Assembly (NCBI GenBank): GCA_000182565.2
Contig: KQ257451.1
Origin: Spizellomyces punctatus DAOM BR117
Lineage: Eukaryota
Direction: 5' to 3' (one strand)
Length of the DNA stretch: 64,000 bases
The notes beneath the pieces are model-generated. The model saw only the letters and a list, made by a program, of their open reading frames with translations, was not told where the DNA came from and ran no database searches. Positions within the stretch are counted from its first letter, which is position 1; each line of letters starts with the position of its first letter. The position numbers and the translations under genes were made by a program. Positions 52,709 through 64,000 of the stretch are shown here, one piece after another.

Positions 52709-55381
52709 TTAGGCAAACTCTGCAGTCGGCAACTCAAACACCGATGTAGCCAGGGTCCTCCATATCTGTTCAGTGACATATGAGGAGTCAAAATCATGCA
52801 AGTAAGATGTCATGAACGACGTTACCAACCTCAGAAAAATGCGAAGACAGCCGAATCTTCTCGCTCACAAACTGCTGATACATCAATGAGATGAAAGCTT
52901 TTTGCTTGTGATAAAATTGCAGTTCCTGCCACGCGCAATATCGGATGAAATCAATACGCTTTCTTTGAGATTCTACTTCGCGTCGGTCCTGGAAAGCGGG
53001 CATCGAAATTAGGATTCAAAAAACGCTTTATATGAACCATCGAGTGAGACACCAACTGTTTCAATTAGTATGGCAAGTCGTTCGGTTTCCTTTGTGCTCC
53101 CTTTACTCGTCTGCAGATCTCGAAGTTTTGCTTCGTGTGTTACTATGCGTTTGGTGAGGACGTCGAGCGTAAGGGATACTAATGCGCGTTCCTCGCGATA
53201 AAATAGCTCCTGCGAAAGAGTAGCAGGTATTCAGGAGACAGAGCAGTCTTCTTCACAAATGAATTTCATGTACCTGGCATGCTATCAAAAGATCACGATA
53301 TGTTTTCAAGCTCTCAACGATTCCATCAAAAACCGACTGGGCCTGGTGCGTCGAGGGTTGAGCAATCAGATCCACCACTGCACACGCCACTCCCCAGCAC
53401 ACTCACCTCCTCCTCTGCCACACGACTGATCCTCTGCAGACCCCCCGATATCTGACTATATCCATTATTTATTCGCGGACAGTTGTAACATTCACGGTCT
53501 GTGCAGTCGGCCTTTTCAGTCATTTTACTACAATTGGACAATCATGAGGAAATAAGTACAACCACATGCTCAATTAAACCAACCAGACGCTTACTTCAGG
53601 ATGAGGCTATAACGCATCATATCCAATGCTGTCGCTGTAAGGAAGATAAAGGTCAGCCTCCGTCATTTCCACGTCTGTGTAAGGCTCTCGATATTACCAT
53701 CTTCACGTCGAGCAATGCGTTCCATCAACGTGGCCATATCTCGAAACTGACAAATTTGAAAGTCGAGATTTCCCTTAAATTCGGTTATCCGCTCGGGCAA
53801 ATCCTCTGGAATGACTGACAAGTCCTCTGTGCTTGGATTTAACGACAGAGACTCTTCGTCGTACACGATTGCGGCTTTTTTCTTGAATGACTGTATATCC
53901 TTTTTAAAACAAGTATGATTAATGGTATATTCCTGATCCCTGAACTAGAGCACCCACCATTTCCACAGTTAAGAAAGCAATAACAGCCTCGTCTTCTCTC
54001 AATACCGGATGATTGGCAATCATATTGATAAACCGGGATAAACCACGCCGTCGTCGCTCCAAAAATGCCTCGTCCGCTAGATCGCAACCGTCAGTATTCA
54101 TTAATGAGTAGATGCCAATGTTCTCCACAACTTATATGATTGTTCCTGTTTTAGGCAAAAAACGTACCTCCAACTTTCTTTGGTGGAAGCTGAACACGCG
54201 GGGGCAAACGATCATAAGCAAAAAATACATATACGAATGTCAACACAAATAACGTACACTGGGAACTGTAGAAAAGCAATCGATTAGTTTCATAATGAAC
54301 AAAAATATCATTCGCTTGATATCACTCACTTATTCGAAATGGGTATCGTTTGACCAACACATCAAGAAGCCACAGGAAATCTGAATATCGTCGAAGGACG
54401 CTGATTTGACGGTACTGGTCGTTCCTCAAAACAATTAGCATTCCCCCACCTCTTTAGCGTGATGAGTCTTGGACCAACCTGTGAGTGTAATATGTAATTC
54501 ACATGCTTGAATACCAAGCCACCTTTCTCTGGGGCAATAGTAACCTGTGAGAGGTATGGAAACCACGTTAGTCAAGGAAGGTAGGACCGAGGTGATAGAA
54601 TTCCTACATTAATTCGTTCCAAATTCAAAAATGACGTATCAGGTTTGGGTGGTGCCTCCGCAGATTCTCCCACCGCAGATGATAATTCTTTGTGTTTCGG
54701 TGCCTTCTGATGATGATCTGTTTGTTCTTCCCGGCCAGGGTGCGGGGGATCGCTCGTCGGCCGCCCAACCACAATATCATGACCATTCAATGCCACGTCC
54801 AGCTTGGGTATTGTCGCCTGCCATGGGTCTGGCTCGGGTTCAGCTGATCGTGATGCTTCCGTAGGCGATACATAGTCGAGAGATGCAGTACTGGTGTGGT
54901 GTGTAAGCGATACGGAGCTGGGTGTTGATAAGAGGGAACGGGTATTATCGAGAAGGGAGGGTTGGCTGAAGAGACTTCGGGGGAGATCTAAGTGACTTGA
55001 GGGCAAATCGTTGACGCTAGAGGATGGATCTTTACTGCCAGACTCATGTTCTGAAAGGGAAAGTAGTGATCAGTTAACAAGCCATTCGCTGGAGGACTTG
55101 AACGGGAAGTCCACCCGCGTCTTGGACCATGCCAGAAACGGATGGCCCAAAACGCCTATTGGACATCACCGTTCTTTCAAAGTAGACAGATACATACCAG
55201 CAAACTCTTCCATGGTGCCTGGGCCATCCCAAGGATTGGAAACAAGGGATGTACGATTAGCGGAAGCTGCCATGAGCGACGCAAAGTCGGGGGCTTGTGC
55301 CAGCACTTTTGAGAACGAGTTTATCGAATCGCGATCCTTGCGCTCCCACGCAGCGTCAGTCCCTTCGTCAAAAGTCGCCAT
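52709..55381 (-). CDS. MVP1: PX-BAR sorting nexin (Mvp1/SNX8)
   Basis: GLVFKHVNY, VLRRYSDFLWL..RYPFRIIPSLPPKK and FLERRRRGLSRF..NHPVL. Includes 8-nt and 22-nt exons. Confidence 0.9.
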
Positions 55382-55890
55382 AAAGCGTAATCGTGACAGC
55401 CGCACACTAAAAACAAAGGGTTTTGTTGAAGGGGCTTTCCTTCAGCTCAACACGTCACGATCAACAACAACGCGGCGGGCAACTAAGCCTCGCGATTACT
55501 TGTGCAGTGTGACAACCCATTGCGGACTTTGTGTTATTTTATGATGTTTACGGGAGGGTTTTAACATGGTAAAGGTCGTATATCTCTTTATAAAGTATGT
55601 CGGCAATGCACAGCAAACGCTCGCGGAATCTGGCAGAGGAGTCAAGGGATAAAGGCTAGCATCTTCACCTTCCCATGTCGACATCTTGTAGAGCGCAACA
55701 TGCATACGAACGATGCTAGATGGGTAGTAAGATGGCAGCAATCTACAAAGGCTCTACTCGCGCAAACAGTCTACAAGCGCAAGTTGTGAGGGTACCAAAT
55801 AACATCAATGCTTTGTTTTTACATTTGAAGATCTGGCAGATTCCACTGTAATCACGTGGATGCAGATATCGTAAGCACGACATTTTTCAT

Positions 55891-56800
55891 TCACCGATTC
55901 TGTCGCTCCCACTCCTCGACCGCAAACCCCGTTGCAACCACCAAGTCTAACAAATGATGACCATTCGGCAATATTTCTAGTCGCCCTTCTTTGGACCACG
56001 AATGTTTGGTACGATGGTAGAAAGCAATGATAGTCTTGGTTGGGTAGCAGACACATTTGAGGTCGCCGCTACATTTAACCATGAGATGTGACGCTTCAGA
56101 TTGTAAAAAGGCGATACAAAAGGACTCACCCAAGGCCATGCCCCTTCCATGCATAATTCTTTCCATCAAACCCCTTAAAGGAATGCTTTCGCTTTCCCAA
56201 AACGCCACCGCCACTTCTCGTCAGTTTGGTGGACAACGCGGGATTGACCGGGTCTTGGATCGTAAAGTCCCATCCCATAGCAGATTTGGTGATGAGAAAG
56301 ACGGTGGGACCGTGTGATGAGCCGCGGCGCATATTGACATGCCAGGATCCAAAGAAACTATAAGGGTACTGATATGATGTATGAGCAAGTTAACCATATA
56401 TGTAAGCTGTAAATAATCATGTTGTACCTACGTCGATGTGGTAAGCGACTGATTTCTTATCAGCGGTCAGAATACGGCAGTCTCGAGAGACCCAGCTACG
56501 CATCGCAAGACCATTAGCGTTTCTTCACAGCTTTACGTGCACACACAGACAGACCTACCCATCCCGATAAATATGGAACTGCGAGTATCAATGTTAATGG
56601 ACCAGGAACCAAGGTTAACTTGAGTAGGCACTGTGAGCACCCAAAATTCAATAATCACAACCACATACATTTACTGAGCCTCCACCGATGATCATCATTC
56701 CCCCGGTAGCAGTTGGCACCTGCACCGGCACACCGGGCCGCGTATAATACACGTTTGTTTGACCCACCAGCTGCTGTGGCTGGGCACACTGTTGCTGTTG

Positions 56801-56833
<33 letters not shown>

Positions 56834-57049
56834 AACAGATGAGTCCATCTGCGGGGCCGAGGGCGCAGGTAGTCGTGCATCACGAGATACGGGTTCAACT
56901 CCAGGTGGAACGTAGTCATGAGCAGATGGGTATATGCTTGGCCCAGTATTGTCAACAGTGTAGGCTGTTGAATCAAATCCGTACTTGGTATCTGAGGCTG
57001 CAGATGAGCGGTTGGGGTTTGCATACGGCGGTGGATTGTCGCTCGACAT
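55891..57049 (-). CDS. Hypothetical protein: PPPY/poly-Gln N-terminus and beta-rich DUF6593/tubby-C-like domain
   Basis: Spliced ..KHSFKGFDGKNYAWKG..IIAFYHR..GRLEILP..LLDLVVATGFAVEEWER. Confidence 0.65.
56789..56830 (-). repeat. CAG/CAA trinucleotide tract encoding poly-Gln (14 Q)
   Basis: (tgt/tgc)n run within the coding exon. Confidence 0.9.
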
Positions 57050-57552
57050 GTTGATACGATGTTGAAATATGATAAAACTTTTATCGATGGTACTGCAGAG
57101 AGAAGGGACGTTGCACGATAGAGTAGGGACAGGGCCTCTTATATCTTTTTCTTGGCGAGAGAGCTCGTCCGTCACGTCACTTTTAAGGGTGCTCGACGTC
57201 AGGTAAGTCGTTGTCGAGGGTCAGCCCTAAAGTTTGTGCTTAAGTCATCCGGCTCCAATACTGCGGGATACACAAACTTGGCATTTGGCATAGTTCAAGG
57301 CGCAGTAGCTGCATTAGCAGAGTTGGGTATTCACGTTGATATACTCCTTGCTATAGCTGTAGCTGATCATTTTACTCTGACCGTGGTGGTATGCTTACTT
57401 GGTTACGGATGAGTAGGCAGCAGTTGTAGCACCTACATTGGCTGGCTGGAACACTTGATTTAAGCAATTTCCAAACACAACCATAAAACATGCCCATTGG
57501 AATTCCAATTTTATTAAAAAAGAAAATACAAGCCTTCAAGGACAGCCATTCC

Positions 57553-59588
57553 CTATTCCGCTTCATCAACCGAACCTTGCATCATACTTGCGTCCCTAAC
57601 TTGGGACTGCCTCGCAGATGCTGCTCCAACTGATCTACCCGCCAATTTCTTATTCACTTGAATAGCAGTTGCAAATCTCGTCAACATGATGCTGAACACT
57701 TCTTTACACCTTGCAATCTCCAAGGGCTCAAAGAGACTGTTTTGAGTGAGATAGCCATCTCGGATCGCCGAGAAATCAAACGCCGTGGCGTCCACCATTG
57801 TTTCGGATAGCTTTCTGATCGGGTAGACAAGCGCATAGGCAACGCAAACTGCCACAACAGTCATACCCACTACCGTCCCTGCCACGGCTGCTATCACCGT
57901 CTTGCGAGTCTGATTCACCGTGCCAAGATAGTCATCTCTAGGGACAGATACCACTAGAAGCCAATTGAGACCATAGGGGTCGGTTACACGACGGCTGTTG
58001 ACAAGGATGACACCACTACCGTCTTCCTTGATAAATGTCGATGCTAGATTGTCTGGAATGCTCGCGGCGGAGGGGTATAGACTGCGCATATAGTTTGCGG
58101 TCTGTCGAATCAACGATTGTGGGGTCTCGAAGACGGAATACCGGTAGGTGCGGTTTCCGCTTACACCTGCAACACTGGCAGCGATCATTCTGCAGTAGAC
58201 GGCGTTGTTAGAGTTGGGATCCCTGTAAAGGTCATCAGCATGAGCGTGAAATCAGTGTCGCCGGATACACAGCTGTGATATCAATTCCATTGCACATACC
58301 ATAAGGAAACCACGGCATTCGGGCTAATTTTGATAGTCTGAAGGAAGGCCTCAATGGTGCTCACAGACATGGCTACCATCGAGTGAGCAAAGGGTTGGAC
58401 ACTCGGATCCGCTTTGCCCGGTGGCAGATCGGGCCTGTCAGAATGCAAATGTTAGATTGCTTTTAATCAAAGGCACAACATCAGAAGCACCTACGTACCA
58501 TATCCACCACATAATCTGATAATAGAATTCGGTTCCTGCAGGAACAGCGCTCTGCCATTTACCAATACTATTACCACTCGCAAACGACGGTTTTGTAAAC
58601 TATAATCCCAGAGTTCAAATAAAAGGAAAGTCAAGTCAGTAAATGACTATGGTAAATAACAAAAGACCTGCTTCAGCGCCTCATAAGATAGATGCTTACA
58701 GGTGGCCACAAATGTGGTGATTGATAAGCACTCGCTCCAACTAATTGCACGTCGCCATTACTATTGACTCCACCAACTCCACGGCGGTAAAGATTTGTGG
58801 TGTTCAATGTCGCATTGAACGTGGTGGAATCTTGAAAAACAAAGATTTTGGATCTGGGCACGGCAATAGCAAGGTACTCCTGTGTGTCTAGCATGAGAGC
58901 CACGTTATGGATAAAAGAGTAATTGGCGCCGGAAGCCCATAGCCGTGAGTAGCTAACGTTGGGCTTGATGTCAATTCCAGCTCACTTTTGCGACAAACCC
59001 AATACTTTTCAAATATCACTTACACATCCGGATCGCTCATCATTGGGGTGGTATCATTCGCTTGCATTTGGGTAAGGAACATTCGCACCCGTCGATCCAT
59101 AACGAGAGAATACGTAATGTTTGTACTTATTTGCACGATGGATTGAACGCTTTCGTGAGCTCTTTCTACCGTGCTCGTGCGCAAGATCGAGGTCACTGAT
59201 CACGGAAAGGCAAATGGAATGTTAGCAACAACGATCTCTACGCTCATGGCCATAACTGACTCAAGTGACTTACTATCATCGATCGTTGTATCGACACAGT
59301 TAAACATCAATTTTGAAATTACGGCAGATATGATGGCGGCCACAGCAATCGTAATGCCTAAATGAGCCCATTTGGCGTATCAGGCTCTCTTCCTTGGTCC
59401 AACCCAACATAGCAGCTACAGCACATGTACGTACCAATCAAGGGCACTACGAACGGCAGACGAATGAGCCGACGTCTCTTCGATTCTCGTACTTGGCCTT
59501 CTTCATCTTCGAACGTTGTTTTTTTCTGCACATTAGACACTCGAGTCGAACCTGCCTCAGCATCATTATGGGCCGGAGTGGAGCTCAT
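57553..59588 (-). CDS. Two-TM membrane protein with Cache-like sensor region and HAMP-like linker, no output domain
   Basis: N-terminal TM segment, ~350-aa spliced region ending GLNWLLVVSVPRDDYLG, a second TM, then PIRKLSETM...EIARCKEVFSIM and a short tail. Confidence 0.7.
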
Positions 59589-60585
59589 GATGGTGCATAA
59601 GGGAAATACGGAAGGTTCGACAGATACTTATATAAGTTCTAATAGTCTTTTACTTGAACTTGAGTATCTGAACGAACCTTAGGGCGTTTCATTGGCGTCT
59701 CGGCTCTCATTGTCCCAATATTTTCAATGTGATATCCCAACTGCCCGACTTTGCAAACAATCTCAAACTCTAAGCGTGATCTCGACGGGTGCGCGGGTCG
59801 CTCGAGATCGGGGGGATATTTGAGGGTTGCATATCATACCCTACGATCCGTATTATGAGACACAGTCAGGGTTATTGGTAAACTTACCGATTTCATCGCT
59901 TCCCTTGAAAATCTCCGCGGCATCTAGCCCCATGCATTGATATGTTTTGCTGAGGAGAAGCGGGCGGAGGTCGAATCGATTCATCTGGACAGTCTCCTTG
60001 TAAACATCACTCTATGGTCGTTCATTTGAGGGATCACCACCAAGAAGGCTCTCGACCTTGAAATCTCTACCGAATTCTTTCCACTTTATGATTTTAATTC
60101 GAACGAACTGTTTCAAGCCGACAAACTGGGTGCTTGATCATCTTCGTTCGCAAACCAAGGCTAAGGGCTGAGCTTAACTTTCAACATCCGCTCGGGTGAC
60201 CATTGCCCAAGAACTCGGGTTTAGTTGAGAACCATACTTCGTGGGGCCGATACAGAACATTCTGTCTAATATGCCATTGCTTTCACCCTTTGGCGGTAAA
60301 AATTCCGCAGATATCTATGTATCCTTTTTGTGTTGTCGACGACATCCATGAATGTTATTTTCAGCGCATAGATGAGATCCGTCCTTGTCAGTAGCGATCC
60401 AACCAACGCTGCAAGGTATATGGACTACCAACAGCACTCTCGCCACATCGGTGTGTATTCATCAGCAACCTTGCACAATGTCAGGTTTCCATCACTATTC
60501 CATATTGAAGGGGAATGTAATACTGCGATTCAGTAACATGTGTGATGCGAATATACCATAGCCAATCTGATCCCTCCCCATCTAG

Positions 60586-62005
<1,420 letters not shown>

Positions 62006-62611
62006 TGCTGGATAATCTGTGCTGGAAAACGAAGGAAAAAATGGAAGCGACAAGTAGAACAAAAGCAGTGCCAGGACTATTTATATGGCAAGAAATCTGA
62101 CGTGATAAGAAATGACGCGACGTTATAAAAAGTGTGTGTAGTGTGTGTGGGGGACCTCCAACAAAAGTCAGCGTAGAAACACATCCAGCTTGGAACACTT
62201 GGAAGTGGGCAGCATATAAAAGTCTTTTAGAGCGCCCCACTTTGTCGTAAATCTATAGCGGATATCCAAACGATTGAACAATCGCCCGTGCTTGGACATT
62301 GGACAATGGACATCTCAAGCAGTCGTCGTATGTTTGAATGGCGACATGCACCAGTCTCAACAATACAAAGATAAATTTACTCCAAAGTACCATCGTCCGT
62401 AATGGAATGGGAACCGTTGCAGTAATTGTGCCTTCTACATTGCTGTGTTGTGAAAGCGGAAAGGTTTTAGATGTTTTATGGCTGCAACTCTATACGTGCA
62501 TTGCCAACACTGAAAAAAGTACATAACAGTCTAAAACTTCGAAACCAGGAACGCTTCCAGTCTTTGATCAAATCAAATTTCCAAAAAAAAAGCCAAAAAC
62601 AAACACAACAT

Positions 62612-63455
62612 CTACCCAGTCCCTAACCGTCGTCCAGTCCCCCACCTATGCCGCATGTTCTCGGTAACCGATGGCTGAACGCCCGGGCGCCGTTGCGGTG
62701 GTATAGCCACATACCCTTCCGCCCTTCTCCCCTCCCCCTCCCCAACATACTCATCCAAAACCCTCGGAGCAACCAACACCCTCCTCCCACCCCGCTCAGG
62801 CACAACTTTTTCCAAATACCAGTACACCCATCCAACAGCGATACCCAACAATTTTGGTATAGGAAAAACATTTCCTTGTAAGACGTCCATGGCAACAAGG
62901 ACATATGGAAGATACATGGCCTGGAATTGGATACCAAAGAGAAACGAAACGGGTCGGGAACCGTTGGCGGTTGACCAGACGTAAATGAGCGCTAGTAAAA
63001 GCGGGTCGACAAGTGAGTACAATTCCAAAAAGTACGCAGCAATCTGTTGAAGAAAAACAGATTAGATCGTGGCCAAAACCAAACATTAAACGGAAAAAAG
63101 AAAAACATACGTTGATCACCACAGCAGAAAACCCTAAAAACACTAGAAAATCCGCACGTCGCCCACCAAAGAAGCCCCGTTCAAGATCCGCACTATTCTG
63201 ACCCAAAAAATACAAGTGCATCAAAAACGAGAACCCGAGGGGCATCCAAAAGAAGGGGGTGAGTGTACGCCATAGTTCGAAAGCGAGGATTTTAGATGGG
63301 ATGAAGAGGAGGCGGGTTGGATGCACCAGACCGAACGCTGGTAAGAGGGATGTGAGGAGGGTTGCTGTTGTGAGGAAGCGGGTTATGGGTGGGATGGAGG
63401 TGTAGTAGGCTTGGAGGTCGGATAGGAGATTGGGTGTTGGGGTTTGAGGGGGCAT
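62612..63455 (-). CDS. Derlin-family ERAD protein with SHP box
   Basis: IPPITR, ELWRTLTPFF, LIYVWS and AMYLPY. C-terminal WGTGRRLG SHP motif. One intron. Confidence 0.92.
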
Positions 63456-63547
63456 ATTCAAGTTGAATGAATGCAAAAAAGATTGAAAATGCAAAAGCGA
63501 TGTCAAGGAATGAAAGTGTCCCAAAGCGCAAGTCCTCTGGGTGAAGG

Positions 63548-63569
63548 TGACGTGACGCGAGTTGATTGG
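63548..63569 (-). promoter_or_regulatory. ERSE-like element CCAAT-N9-TCACG overlapping a UPRE-like TGACGTGA upstream of derlin
   Basis: Minus strand reads CCAATcaactcgcgTCACGTCA about 95-115 nt upstream of the ATG. Confidence 0.45.
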
Positions 63570-63790
63570 TCGGCCGCCGAGGAAGCACCTCCCTCCTGCT
63601 GTCGTTGCTGCGCTTCAGGCAATCCATGCGTTAGAGCGAGAAACGCAGGAGCTCGTTGGTGTTTGGTAGGTGCATTGGGGTTGGACAGGTGGGGTGTCCC
63701 GCTAACAAAAGAATGATATATTGTTGACATAAACACTGTTCAGTTTATTATTACAGGAATAACTACTCGTCCGATACTGATTATCCTGAT

Positions 63791-64000
63791 TCAAGCCACA
63801 TGAGCTTCCCAATATAACACTTGGTTTATGTACCATTCGAGAACTCCGCTAAAGAACTGTCGCATCGGCAACTCCACATCAAAGTTCCTCTCATCTGAGC
63901 CTCTTGGATAATTCCAAAATCGGAACCGCCACCCGCCGGCGTCCTCCCACCCAATACCAATTTGACCATGAGAAATGGCATTTCGCAACATAGCACTGAA
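63791..64000 (-). CDS. 3' end of a hypothetical protein running off the window
   Basis: Open frame from the window edge to the stop at 63791 (..MLRNAISHGQI..WEAHVA). No family recognised. Confidence 0.4.
   Translation of the reverse strand, partial: FSAMLRNAISHGQIGIGWEDAGGWRFRFWNYPRGSDERNFDVELPMRQFFSGVLEWYINQVLYWEAHVA

Overview
Gene-dense eukaryotic DNA with many short GT-AG introns (mostly about 50-80 nt), read as fungal. A CABLES-like gene, a C11orf49/CSTPP1-like centriolar-satellite gene and a Cache-HAMP membrane protein point to an early-diverging, flagellated (chytrid-like) fungus; this is inference. About 27 spliced protein-coding genes can be reconstructed. Recognisable ones are LHS1/HYOU1, a MYND/MSS51-like protein, GFA1, a cyclin, ERG26, a C2H2 factor, CABLES-like, ACP1, NIPSNAP, PMS1, RGD1-like, CSTPP1-like, an M20 peptidase, eIF4E, SER3, AVT2-like, MVP1, an old yellow enzyme and derlin. 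Several others are of unknown function. Non-coding highlights: a heavily base-paired, plus-strand-biased ~550-nt intergenic segment at ~51.9-52.5 kb (candidate unannotated ncRNA), a 53-bp-arm palindrome with a tandem duplicate at ~45 kb, and ERSE/UPRE-like motifs upstream of two ER-proteostasis genes. No rRNA, tRNA, CRISPR array or intact transposon was seen. Exon boundaries were inferred by eye and family calls come from remembered motifs, not database searches.
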